A stretch of DNA of 64,000 bases from Tubiluchus corallicola (lineage: Eukaryota; Animalia; Priapulida): contig JAQGDQ010000005.1 of assembly GCA_030141605.1 (NCBI GenBank), forward strand, positions 1,426,180 to 1,490,179, given 5' to 3'. Each line of letters starts with the position of its first letter. Within the stretch, counting starts at the first letter, position 1. Made by a program: the position numbers and the translations under genes. Positions 23,001 through 36,400 of this stretch are shown here, piece by piece. A model generated the notes under the pieces. The model made no database searches. It saw nothing but the letters and a program-made list of their open reading frames with translations, and was not told the origin of the DNA.

Positions 23001-25687
23001 AAAGCATCCAGGTGAGGCAACCTACTATGCCACTCTACCTTTAAAAGTTCCGTACGGATGGCGTCTTAATCAGCCTTCCAAAAATTTAAGCGAGACTGTG
23101 AACCAGACAGTGTTTTTAATAATAATAATAAATTTGTTTGGAAATGCAAATACAATATCTAGAGACACTGAGAAAAATAGACATTACTAATAATGATTTA
23201 ATTTTGATATGACAGCATGCATATAATAAATGGCAAGAACCAGAAGTAAAACTTGTTAGGTGCTTGCACCATTGTAAACACGTCCAAATAATAACTGAAA
23301 AAAAGAACAAAAAAACGAGGGTTTTGGGCATTTTAAAAGAAAAAAAGTTGTACAAAGCAAGGACAGAAGTGATGGATAAAAAATGTTCAAAAGGATACAC
23401 TTGTGAAGCTCAAAAGAGTGGCTTGTGAAGATTCAGCTCATGAGATGACGAAGCACTCTGGATTTTACTCAAAAAGAGCAGAAGGTTATGACTGTTGTTT
23501 CACACAGGAACAATAGGTAGTTACCGAGGCTAATTTATATAAGAAGCAAACAGATATAGTTTAACTGACGATTTAATGCGGTAAATGTTACACTGGCACT
23601 TTACATTGGGTGGTAGTGAGTTCCAAAGTTTAAGTCTTCTATAGTTAAGAAATGTTTGCAATATTGGTTCTGCAGTAACTGTGTAGGTAATCATTATAGC
23701 AAGTATTGTGTGATTTGACATTCTTAATTACAGGATTCTTGAAGTATGTAGGGAATAGATCACTGTTAGTTTTATAAACAAATATGGCAGTGTTATAGGA
23801 AATCAGATCATCAATTATTAGTTTTCTACTATACTCACTATAGCATGATTTAGTAACTGAACTGAATTTGGAGAGTCTGTACAGGGTGGTTATAAGTTTA
23901 TGCTGCAAACTGTGAAATGGATTTAAGTTGGTCTTGTAAGTACTATCCCAAAGTATATTTATATGGGAAAGATATGGTAAGACTAATGTGTTATATAAAG
24001 TTATTAAGTGAAATAGAGTTAGGGAGTTTTGAATGTATGTTATTATAACTATATTTTTAGCTATTTTAAGTCTGATCATATTTATAAGAAAATTCTAATC
24101 AAGATTTTCCAAAAACTTGCCAAGATTACCCAAAAACATGATTTGACTAACTATTTCTATAGTTGTATCATCAACAGAAATATTATAATATTCTGGGGGG
24201 ATAGTTTCATTTCTAGCATGAAACATAATACACTTAGTTTTTGCAGAATTCAAAGACAGTTTATTAGCTTTAAACCAATTTGCAACAGTATCTAACTGCT
24301 GATTTATTATATCAATTGAAAAGTTACTGAGACTGAAGAAAATCACGGTATCATCTACAAATTGAGTTAACTTAATGTGTTATTTATTTTAAATAGACCA
24401 TTAACATAGGTTAAAAAAAGTTGAGGATCGAGTCAAGCGCTATTACACTTTCGCAACGCCTAGTTTTTTCTAGGTTATTACTCGTTTCTAGGCTCGTAGG
24501 TCATTATTCTATTATTCTCATGTCATCAGTGAATGTTTCCGCTAATCTCGTGGTAATTTAATTATATATTTAGGTATAATTACCAATAATTAAGTTGCAT
24601 TCACAGTTCTACACCTATACAGTTCCTATCGCCATCATGTTTGCGTGTGTAGGCACTAGTTTATGCATTATCAGGGCCTAGCTTAAAAGGCATTAAAAGG
24701 CACGTGACACACTTTCATCTTGACCGCATTTACAAAATAAAGAAAAAACCTTTACTTTTTTATAATCTAATAGTCATAATACTATAGTAATCAATAAAAT
24801 TAATGATAAATAACTGTAGTGGTCTAAAATAATTTCCTTGTATATGCCAGCTTGGGTCCCGTGGCTGCAACCCTAATAATCATAAATTATGCGAAGAAAT
24901 TAAAAATACATGTTAAGGGCCACATCGTCACTGCGCGAGAGCGATTGCGCATTAGTGGTGTAAACACAGTTATTCACGTGGAGCTTTTTTCGTACGGTAA
25001 AGGTGAAGGTAAGTAATGTATGACTTTAATCTGGAATTGTAACGCCTATAAACCAATAATATTATGGGAATATGGTAGATATTACGCCTGTTGGTAACCG
25101 TAAGTACAACAACCAATAGGCCAAAAAAAACTGCGAAAGTGTAATAGCGCCATCGAGTCATGTGGCGCTCCAATGTTTACACTACATGGGGTTGACATCA
25201 GTTTGAGAGACTGCTTAGTGTTTCTTCTTCCTGGTTTGATGACTTCAGTTTTAATTGCACTCTTCACTAATTTGTTTGAATTTCACGTTCATATTTCAAC
25301 ATATTTAGCCACACTTTGAATAATCTATATCATAAATTCATATTCATAATTTATATACATACGTAGTACTACCAGTAGGTGACGGCGGAGCTATACAAGC
25401 TTTGCGTTTAAAAGTATTTAGTGTCTACATGCGCGATTTTCCCTTGTTGTAAATTATTTCAAACCCATTTTGCATTTTTTTGTATTTCAAATTAAGCTAA
25501 TTGACACAAAAGTAATCGTTTGGTCTTCGATTACATAGCAAAATATTCAATATCAGATATTTCTAGGCAAGTAATCGATTATGCTCACCACTATTAAGCC
25601 TAACTACCATCAACTCTTAATAATTAGCTTACCCTGTTGGGAATAATTTCTCACGTTATTTACAAACTGCTCTAACTGAGCTGCCAT
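14004..25687 (-). CDS. COPS3: COP9 signalosome subunit 3, exons 1-7 (first ~208 aa; C-terminal PCI-domain exons not seen in window)
   Basis: Exons on -: 25633-25687 [19 protein letters not shown]; 19070-19199 [43 protein letters not shown]; 15999-16114 [38 protein letters not shown]; 14876-14925 [17 protein letters not shown]; 14636-14728 [31 protein letters not shown]; 14389-14463 [25 protein letters not shown]; 14004-14108 [35 protein letters not shown]. All introns are GT-AG with consistent phases. The peptides match remembered human CSN3 ([48 protein letters not shown]). Confidence 0.95.
16880..18000 (-). mobile_element. Highly decayed non-LTR retrotransposon (RT C-terminal region) in COPS3 intron 2
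   Basis: Broken peptides resemble LINE ORF2 3' motifs ([25 protein letters not shown]; compare FFSxRVxxxWN). Many stops. Confidence 0.4.
21642..21747. repeat. 106-nt imperfect palindrome (fold-back hairpin) in COPS3 intron 1
   Basis: The left arm TTCTTGGTCGTAGTAGGTAGATCATTTTGAATTGGCTATTTT pairs with AAAATAACCAAGTCAAACTGATCTACCTACTATGACCAAGAA. The arms are 42 bp with 4 non-Watson-Crick positions, and the loop is AT-rich. Confidence 0.9.
22080..23030 (-). mobile_element. CR1/L2-like LINE ORF2 fragment (tether and RT N-terminus), frameshifted
   Basis: [53 protein letters not shown]...[18 protein letters not shown] and [20 protein letters not shown]. Confidence 0.88.
23540..25200 (-). mobile_element. 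Second LINE (RT core to 3' end), decayed and interrupted by a MITE
   Basis: GAPHDSIL (compare GVPQGSIL) is split by the MITE, then [17 protein letters not shown] (compare FADDT), [36 protein letters not shown] and KLWNSLP. Confidence 0.85.
24436..25151. mobile_element. 716-bp MITE with 19-bp perfect TIR and 9-bp TSD (Merlin- or Mutator-like)
   Basis: TIR GCGCTATTACACTTTCGCA (24437-24455) / TGCGAAAGTGTAATAGCGC (25132-25150). TSD ATCGAGTCA at 24427-24435 and 25152-25160. The superfamily is inferred from TSD length only. Confidence 0.9.
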
Positions 25688-25810
25688 TTTGAAAATCATA
25701 TCACGTGTGAACGAACTGTACGTATGAGAGCTCGAAAGACACAACAATTAATACTGGCGGCAACTTTTGCTCACCCCATCGCGTAACAGTGCTGCATCGC
25801 AGACCAGAGA
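25688..25810 (-). promoter_or_regulatory. COPS3 promoter/5' UTR region
   Basis: Lies immediately upstream of the AAAATGGCAG start. Locally CpG-rich, with E-box TCACGTG at ~25701-25707. Confidence 0.4.
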
Positions 25811-27440
25811 AGAGAAGGAACTAGCTTATCAAATAAACTTAAGTTACTTAACAAAATAAATACAGAAATTTTGTCACATCTAACTATGTTACTAGATATA
25901 TGTATGCATGATTGCCAGCTGGGTTATCCATTGTCGCTAAGATATCATTAATTTGACACAATTACTTACACTCAAATCAAAATGTGCACACTCGATTTAT
26001 TTTTGTAAAGTTTGACAATACACCACCATTCACGTAAACAACTGTATAATTATTGAGAATTGTATAGTTTTGATGGTGAAAATTTCTTATGTAAGTTGTA
26101 TACTGTGAAAATCTTGTCAGGTATAAAGCTGCTTTGCATGAAACTATTAATGTACTTCATAAGTCACAAGTAATTAATTTCACATTACACATTTACAATA
26201 GTTTCGTGTATAATATATTGTGAAAGGGCCTACAATGAACATAATACAAATAAGTTTTTATTGTTTCTGCACAAGAAAAGCCTCACACACCGTTTACCTA
26301 TATACAAATGTAAATGTGTTGCGGGCAATAAAAAAGCAGGGCTTGTTAGATTGTCCCACACTGTGAGAAAAAAAGTAATGGAAATAATCTGAAAATTTGA
26401 AGTGAATCGTATGATAAAGAAAACATTTAGTGCTTCGGAATGGGATGATGTAATGAATAAAGCTCATATACGACTTGAACTCTGTTATGCAATTATAGTT
26501 TTAGGTGGATGAACATAGTCACATTTTAGTTTCCTTTTACTATACTAAGCCAGTGGTGCAATGGTGATCATTAAAATAATTTTTTTGTGAAATTCATGAA
26601 AGTTCTTGACAGTGCTTCTAATTTAAATCTAGTCAATAAATTTGACACTGATAGAACAGAATTATTTCAGAAAAAAACATTTTCAGCAAAATTTGATTTA
26701 TTACAAAATTACTATTTTTTACATTTTAAAGACCATTATCACATTTAGGTTTTGGTGGCTCACAGATTTGTCAACATCAATAGCACATAAATTGCAGAGT
26801 TTGAATTTTACCAACTTAAATGCCATTTCACTACATTATTAATTAAATGTCACACACAAAAAAGCAAATCTACTAGCAGATAAATAAATAAATAGAAAAA
26901 CATGTTTGTCTTCAAATAAGCAGGTTTCTTAGCAAAACAATATTTGCTGTTAAAAAACTCTTTGTGCACAGAACTACAAGTTCATGTAATAAAACTTTTA
27001 CTCAAGCAATAATTAAGAATAAATTCACTTAATCAGTAGGCATGATAAAATCAGCAAAACTTTAAACTAATAAGAAAAAACTTAATGGAAGTATCGTTGT
27101 CCTTATTGCTTTGCTAGTACATATGTAATACTGGACTGTATGAAAACGATGCACAGACATTCCTATTCACAAAAACAAACACGTTTTTTAGTCACTTATT
27201 AGACTTACTTATGGGCTTATTTATGAAGTTGGCACACATTTCTTCGGTACACTCTACCCTGTTAAAAGTGCATTACATACTTTATGGTCACCAACCATAT
27301 GTTCATTTAGACAAATGCCAGCATTATTTTACCTGTGATAGCAACACAGTAGTAACGAGTAGAACAACTTTGTGCTAAACTGATATGACAAAACAATGCA
27401 TCACCAACAAAAAAAAAGATTACCCTATATAACACAGTTG

Positions 27441-30400
27441 CTAAAGTTCAATATGCTTGTGTGATTTGTCTGTATCACTTGCATCCTGTTCTAGTTTAGT
27501 AGATGCCTCTAAACTAACTTTTTCTTGTAACTCTTTAATTTCATTATCATATTCTACCCATTCCGGTATTATACGCATTGCACTAACCAACTTTGGCTCT
27601 TTTGTGCGTGGATTATTACACTGAAAAAAAGTCCAACATAACTATTTAGGAAACATTAAGGCAGCAACTTCAACACTAAAGCTATTAATATACTTTACTT
27701 ACTAATATTTAAAATGAATGCAATTTATAATGTCCAGTATCACAAATTATGGCAGAACACACTACGGTGACAATTTTAATCTTTACTTCAATGCACGATA
27801 GACAATTTATGATTTTTATCATGATTGATAAATGCTTTTAATTAGTTTCATCAAAAAAGCTCACCAAGTCTATAGTTTTTGCATATTTTTTTGAATCATC
27901 ATCACACCATGTTTCGCACCACAACCATTCTTGAGGTAAAGATTTTATTGCTACCTGATGAATCATGTTATTGGGCAAGTCCTGTAAGAAAAAAAACCAC
28001 ACCACAAACATATTATACATTACATGTACATACATAATAAAGAAGCCACAAGTGGAGTAGAGAACTTAACCCAACTGTAACGCAAGAAGTAAAAGCTTCA
28101 AATCTTACCACCGCCAGCAAACAATATTTGCATTTTTCTGTTCAAGAAAACCGTATGGTAAAACCAAATCTTTTAAAAGGTTTAATAGTAAAAATTACTA
28201 ATTTGTTTTGTCCTTTCAAACAATGACAAATAAACCACTAGGCAAATTGCTTACTTGATCTAAATTTGATAAACTATTTGGATCTTGGCTTAGCCCTTGA
28301 TACTGGCCTCGCAACCTATCTCCAGCTGCTATTTTTCTAAATTTCTTCAAGTCGACTACATATAAAGCACTGCAACAAAAATTACAATAAAAATTTAATT
28401 ACTAACTACAAAAAAGTCACAATGACGCAAAGAAAAACTTTATATATTTTAACTACAGGTTAAAAAATTAATTATTACAATTTTTTCCTTCAATGCGTTC
28501 TTCAACTGTAAGCATTTCTACATTGTAGTTGAAAAGCAAAGATTAAGGGTACACTGAACATGAACATGTTTCTACAAACACAAATACAGGAAATAAATTT
28601 GGAATTTACCTAATGTGATATTTTCTATGTCCAAGATGACTGTTCCAATATCCTGATTTCCAAAATCTGTAAGACGAGAAACAGCAGTTATTTTGATGCG
28701 AGTACTCACATAATTTGTACACAGTTTGAAACTTCCTTTTCCTTTTATTATCTTTACAAAAGAGAAAACAGAAAAAAAATTCTTGGCAATGTGATTTCTG
28801 TATTTAAGTTGAAGACGTTCCGTGTTTTGAGGCAATACAGAAAAATGCCAGTTTACAAAAATAGTCTACAGTCATAAGGGCAGAAAAACATAAATAAGCT
28901 ACATTTCTATGTATATTGGGCTGACAGCTTTTAGACATTCATACATTCTCCAAATGCAGCAAAGGTAACATTGCTTGTCATTTGGCACTTATAATATAAA
29001 TAAACCGACTTTTATCTAGAAACAATATAGTGCTAAACCAGTTTATAAACTGTAAAGATATAATCTCTTTCTTTCTAGTGTTGCAAATTTAATAAAAAAT
29101 ACCTATAACCATCCATATCACGACGGCTATCACAAAAAGGTGTATAACCATATGGAGCACCACCTAGATCCAAATCAACTAATTCTTGCATATCTGTTCT
29201 CACAACTTGATCAGCATCCACAAAAATAATTTTTGATATATCCAACGGAAATAAGACATCCAGAAATAGAATTTTGTAACTGAAACAAAAGCAAGTCACA
29301 TATTAATGCCAGTTGATAAAAAATTAAACTTCAATAGCTAATTAAAATACTCACTATATAAAATCATAGTAGCTTGACTGCATATTCGAAACAGTGGATT
29401 CACTAAATTACAAATGACCTCAAAAAGTTATTTGGCAAGCAAAATTTTTTACTTGCTACTTCAATTAAAATTAGTTACTTCCTTAATTTGCGGATAAGGA
29501 CAAATGAGGGCTAAGATTTAGAAATGGAGCCGTGACAGATGATGCAATCACGACAGTCAGCAGGAGCCGGTGTTGGAAAGCCACTTAAGCAATTTGTTAT
29601 CGCTCCTCAATCACAGAAATGTTAATGAAAAAATAATAATTCAAATTATTCAGTCTGTAAATGGTGCAAATTTAGATTTACACGAAATAATGAACTTCTA
29701 AGTTTATCATTAAAAACTACAAACAATAATTAAGAATAAATACATCTCTTAATCATCATAATTTTCATTATCATCATCGCTGTCATCATCATCATCGTCA
29801 CCAGTATCATCAATACAATAATTACGTGCAGCAATTCAAATTATAGTTACCTACAAAAATATTTTCATTTATGAATTTAAGCACGAAATTACACAAAATT
29901 GAAAGCCATGCTACTTCGCTATTTTGTAATTAAAAAGGTAGCAAGCAATTTTTTCTATAATTAATCCATGGGTTGCAAATTCTAATCCAAACGAATTTTC
30001 GTGATACTTCTCTTGAATTCCTTTTATTTAAGAAATAGTATATATGTCATTCATTTTAAAGCTCCCCGATTACTTCAAAAGTATTATTACTTATAACACA
30101 CACAACTGTGTAATTATAATAATCTCTTACTCTCAAATTATGATTTTATTACAACTGCAGTTAGTATCCCTGGCTTTTGCAGGGGTTGGGGCTGGGTCTA
30201 TCTCCATTTGCACGATAGAAATACCGTGTTATACGTGGATGTTGAACTGCTATAAAATTCAGGGATGTTCCATATATGCGATGATGGTATACATCATATG
30301 TTTGTTTTCATAAATTTAGTTGCAGATAGATCATATTTGTATCAATGTAAGTTATATACATTCGATCTATAATTTCATAATTGTGATATAAGTCTGTAAT

Positions 30401-33400
30401 AGCGTCAGTCTATGATTTTATGATCGTCTAAAGAAGGTGGACATTCTGTGGTTGCAATTAAATAAAAATTCACGTAAAAAAATCTCTTAATAGTTAAAGC
30501 AAGAAATTTCAAAATTTGACTGAATTCATCTGATTCTCACTAATTCAAAACAAATGAAATTGGTTCAGTGCAGATTTCGTTTAGAATTAATTCAATTTTG
30601 ACCAATTGCAGCATCGAAGGATTGTGACTTCAATAAAAAAACAATATGACCAAATTTTGCAATTCATAAGAACTCTCTTACACTGTGGCCAAGCTGAAGT
30701 ATATATATATTATTTTATTTGCATATCTCCGAACATGCAATCATGGTTAGTAACAAAACAAAATAACGGGAAATAACAACATGCAGGCATTTACAAACCC
30801 ACATTACGAATACATATTTACAAACTATTCAGTCAACAGGATTAGCAACATATTGCAGTACCATATGACATAACTTCACAAAAATGTTTAGGTAAAGTTA
30901 CTAGAACAAATCACATATTTCATACCCCCAGATTTTGCGTTGTTTTTCTGTTTGTTGATGCAACCATCTAGGCCATTTGTACGTCACAAGCTCATATTCA
31001 AACCCATACTCTTTGGCCATATGGGGTATAAATTCCTAGAAAAAAAGTCACATTACATTTCACTAAAAATAAAACAATTTTAACTTGCGTTATAGGTATT
31101 AAAGGATTATCTACATGCATGTACTTTTCGACGCAGTTAAGTCTTACGGCTATTAAACACCAGGCTATTACTATTACAATAAATATTTTTGTACAACTTT
31201 ATTGAAGTAACAGACCTAATAAAGACAGCTGAAAAAAAGACAAATGAAGTGATCAACCAGCTTAAAAATACACACATTGCTAATTTATTTGCAGGCGTTA
31301 TTGGAAGCGTTACACAAAAACATTATCCGCAAGTACATACAGGAAACATACCTTAAACTGCGGGGACAAGTAGTTCTTCAAAAACCAAAATTTTATTGAA
31401 CTTTGTGAGTTTTTGATTACACTTAGCATCATGATTCTAAAAATGAAATAAAATAATTCAAGTCATTATTACAAACCAAGATTGAATAATTAACGAGAAG
31501 TTATACACCTACAGCTGATTTACAAAGAAATATGTTAAATACTAGAAAAACTTAGCAGTTATGTTTTTTAGTAATTGGATCACAAGAAATTTAAACTACA
31601 GATCAAAAGAAATTCAGTCAGTCAACGTAATATAAAGTTACCGAAGGAGACGTTCATATAAATGGCCTGAAGCTATGGAAAAAATGTTCACACGTTTGCT
31701 GTCCTCTTCACCCTTTTTGTCCGTGGCAGTGCCTGACATAAATGAACTGCAACAAAATTTTGCTTTTAAAATTTAATACAAACAAATAACTAATAAACAC
31801 TGAAATAGACAGTAAGCTACAGATATTATTGCACAAAACGTTTCATCAGCTAAATTATAACTGTTCTGCACGAAGTACAACACACTGCAAGCTAGAATAT
31901 CCAGCAATAAACTTATTTAATGTAGATGCTTGTACAGTTTAGAGAGCTGTCAAAGTCAGGCATGTGCAATAATTAAATGTCCTTCACTACCCCACAATTT
32001 CTAATGCAGGAAAGCTTGTTCATCATGTACCGTATTTTCCCGTGTATAAGAGACCCTTTTTTGCTCAGAATTTTCACTTTAAAAATAGGGGGTCTCTTAT
32101 ACATGGGAGTAAGTCTTTTCAATAAGATGCATAAATTGTGACACTAATGATTTTAAAGAAACAAGTGCTCTACAACTGTTTTATTTCGAATAATTATAGT
32201 TTCCTTTCAATAAATCTTCTCCATGGCTAAATTCTAATGATAAAATTAATGTACCGGGTAAGTTATTATTTTTTTAAATGTCTCTTTGGTATTGGAGAGA
32301 AATCGATTGTTCTGCAGCCAATCAACGCATCTGCATAAGCTCTCTGCATGCCCGTCGACGTCATTGATACGTCGGCAGAGGTCAACGAGATGAGTCAGCC
32401 TAAGCAAGGCGTGTCGCGTTCGACTATGAAGCGGTTGTAAGCAATACAAGCAATACGAGCAGAGTGATTCCTCTGATGATGAACTGGCTGGAATTGCTGA
32501 AGGTCTGACTCCAGTTGATATTTTTGATGAGAGTGATGAGGAATTTAATGATTTCTATGATGAATAAAGTTATTCATTACCAAAAAGCTTTTTCCCAGAA
32601 TTTTTGCCTAAAAATTGAAGGGGTCTCTTATACACAAGGGTCTCTTATACATGGGAAAATACGGTAATTGCACATATAGACAATTGAAAAGTGATCCATA
32701 ATACATGTAAATATAAATCTAAATGCTAACAACACCGTATAACGTATTTATGTAAAAGTAAAGCTACTATGCACTGGTTTTGCCAAACCTTAAAGCACCA
32801 CAACTATACCTAGAAAGAGAACTCCACAGAGATTCTTCCTTGTGTTCATCTTCTTTTTCTTTTAGCAAATCTTCGTTAATCATTTCAGGCTTTTTGGCTA
32901 CCTAAAACCAAACAATGAAACTATATAAAGAATAAATGAAGGAAAGATTCCATATTTCCAGAATACATTATAAATAATAGCTATTATTTGATTCGGAATA
33001 AAACAAGTTTGAGTATGGATTACAGGATGCAAGAGTAAAATATGTAAATAAGTAAGACTTAAATAGCTCAGAAAGTTAGCTTACCTGAAACAAATATTTT
33101 ATTGTGATCCTAAGTAAATGTTATATAACTTTTCCATTTGTAATTTGAGTTTAACAAAATATATAAAACTGCCCAGTTTAAAAAACCGTGGCTCACTCAC
33201 CCTCACTTTGATAATTTTACTTTTGAAACTATCCATCAGAACAATAACATCACTTGAATTAAGTGGAGAATCTGTTCCAACATGTCTGAAAAAAGTTACA
33301 AATAATAGACTAAACTTTGCAAAGACTAGTTCTGGAAAATGCGTCTTAAGGATTTGGCTGCTCATGAAATCCAAGTCAATTATTTTCGCTCATTCAGTAG

Positions 33401-36400
33401 AAAAGTAGAAACCAACTTAATCAATTAACCATTTAATTGCCTCATGTAAATATCAGCAATAACATGTTGAAAATGTTTTTTATTATTACTACTAATTTAA
33501 ACTTACGTTTCAATGTAGTATATGTCAGCGGATCTACCGTCCCTTATCCTTAGAATCCATGCACCAGGTTTTGCCTTTAATTGAAAATACCCCTAAAAAT
33601 GTAAAAAAAACGATTAGTTTAATATCACAGATGCCAGACTGCTTGATGTTTTTTATACTGTTCAACCTATTGCAATCTGCTCTCAAGCACTTAACAACAA
33701 AGCTAACTTAACTTAAATACTACGGCACAACCAGAACTTTACCCATGAAAGTTAATCACTTTAGATACTTTTAACTGGCAGTAGGTCATGTTCGGATGTA
33801 TCCCCTTTCAATGAAAGAAATGCACCGAGGCAGTATAAGAGATGAAATTGCCAGAAAGCAAATCTCCTGGCACTCACCCATTCATTTACTAACCATGCCA
33901 GCTGTAACTTCAATCACAGAGAACACACCATAACCACTAAACTATTTCACTTATTCTCTATGACATTAAATAGATGAGCATAACTTACCAGGTTTGCCAT
34001 GACTATTGTGTCTACTATAACAGGTTGTGATTTTGTGCCAAGTGTAAACTGCAAACCACGAGGTGGTTGCCCCGTTGTTTTGTCATGGCAATGCCCTGTA
34101 ATGTATAACAACATTACATTCTGTATTTCTTTTCTATTATATAAATTCTTAACTACAGCAAGGAGGTTTTTAATACAATTTCCTTGCAACTTTTATAGCT
34201 TTATTATTATTATAGTGATATTTATCATAACTATAACTATAACACATACAGCTATAACAAAAACTATAACTATAACTACAATTACTACTACAACTACCAC
34301 TTCTACAACCGCTATAACTATAAGTATAATAAATTATTTAGAGGCTGTACACGGTAAAAAATACAGGTTAAACATTGTCAGGATAACTTTTGTACCTTCA
34401 AGAAGTAAATATTCCAGTTCAAATTCCCCCATCACTCCATTCTCTGTCTGCAAAAAGAAATCAATAATAAAGCACCACCACATTAAAATTCAGTAAATGC
34501 ATTATGCATGCTCAATAAAATCGTAAATCAAATTTTACTTAAAGGCACCTAAAGATTTATCAAAACTGAATTCTCAAAATGTTAATCAAGTGGCTATTTG
34601 TTTATTAGAAAAAGCAAACAGCAGCAATATTAAACCACAAACAAATTAAACGAGAGACAAACTGTAATTATTAAGTCTGACTGTTAGCGAAGTTTGTGCC
34701 GTTTAGATTGGAGTTGTACTTTTAATTCATATAACACTAATATTTCATTTTTAGCATGCTGTAATAGTAGCAATCATATACTAGTTTTTAGTAATGGTAA
34801 AAATGGAAAAAAGAATTCAAAGTTTTTGCAAAACGAAAAACACAACGATGAAAGTAGTTCACTAGGAATCATTGAATTATACATACTTCTTCAAGTTTTA
34901 TATTATCTAGATCATGTATGGCACGGACAGACTCAACAAGCCAGCTTTCTGGAACCTTCATGTTCAATGTAAGTAAGATATTTTGTGGGAGATTGTTGAA
35001 TCTGGCTATTGGACCCGATGTCATCTCTCCTGATGAAGTAAATTGAACTCCCGGTTGTAGAACATATCGAAAGTAGCTGTAATTGATAAAGTCTATTCTT
35101 TGAATTGCTCAAGTACTTATGCAAAACTCATCACAAATTTAATAGCAGAAACTATTAATAGAAAATTCACAATCAGTTCACTATGATTCTCTCTGGCAAA
35201 AACTTTAGTTTTTAACTTGAAATAATATCAAGTAATTAGGTTACAAGTAATATTGAAAACATTTTTTAATTTTTAAATCTTGATAAGACTTAATATTAAA
35301 AACACATTATGTTTAAGAAAGTTATAAAAAATAAAATTAGCTAAAACTTAAGGTGATCGCAAATTATCTCAGTACACAAGTTGATGAACAGCAAAAGAGC
35401 AAATTCACAATTTACTTTTGGAAGTCAAAGTTCAATACAAAAACAAAGAGAAACATGATAAACTTGAAATAAAGATTTTTACAATTTCGCATGGTACAAT
35501 AGTTGTTGATTAATTACTATAATTAAATTTTGCATGTTTACAAGCAAAGACCTAAAATGGAAGACTGATCTGGCATGATACATTTCGGAAGTGAGACTGT
35601 GTCAATAGCATTACTTTATAAACAAAGACATTTGTTTTATGTAGTACATAATTTCTGAATCATGCTTTGATTTTGCAAACAAACTTTGATAACTGGAAAG
35701 AGTTGAGACTAACTGAAACTATCTTAGTTGACACTCGACGAGAATACTTATTACATACATCACACTAGTACTAAAATAAGCAAAAAATGCAAATGGTACT
35801 TTTTCACTGGCATCTCTGACAATTTTTCCCTGCAGTTCATAAGCACCTTGATGTTTGCATTAAGGGTTTCTCTAAAAACCATCAACAAATGAGAGAAGAA
35901 CTGTGCACCACGTGAAGCTGGGTCTACGATAGCAACAATGTCAAATGCAGGAGCATCCAAATCTTGAGCAGCTGAATGTAAAAAGAGTGCATTACTTGAA
36001 AAATGTGCACTTGTAATACATTTTTCAGAATCACCTGGGAATATTTTATCTATTCCATATTCATTCACTTTTTGAATGCTTAGTATGCTAGACATGTTAC
36101 ATATAAAAAAGATTAAACAAATATGACGCAGACAGTTAATACCTTCTTCAATTAATAACTTACACTCGGTTAAATGATGCTTTATAAAGGAATTTTGCAC
36201 TCACAGACTTAAAATAAGGTACAAAATGTAATATGGTAAGCAAAGATATGCGAAAGCACATACGTAACATTATGGCACTGTGCTTAGTAGCATGATATCT
36301 GACAGTATGGCGCATTCTCACTTGCTGCTTAGATAACACGATAGAACCGATTTTCATAACTAAATCACTACCGCTGAAAAGAGAAGAAAATTTTAATATT

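Noticed and set aside
23416-23458. Hammerhead-ribozyme-like TGAAGA...CGAAG core
   Set aside because: Both core boxes deviate from CUGAnGA/GAAA and no stem I or cleavage triplet could be placed.
24970-25173. ORF with a TM-like N-terminus ([22 protein letters not shown]) that looked like a third glycosyltransferase first exon
   Set aside because: It reads across the TSD and right TIR of the 24436-25151 MITE, so it is a chance hydrophobic translation.
33999-34496. 165-aa + strand ORF with a poly-Thr mucin-like tract
   Set aside because: It is antisense to two UGGT exons plus an intronic simple repeat, with no independent gene signals.
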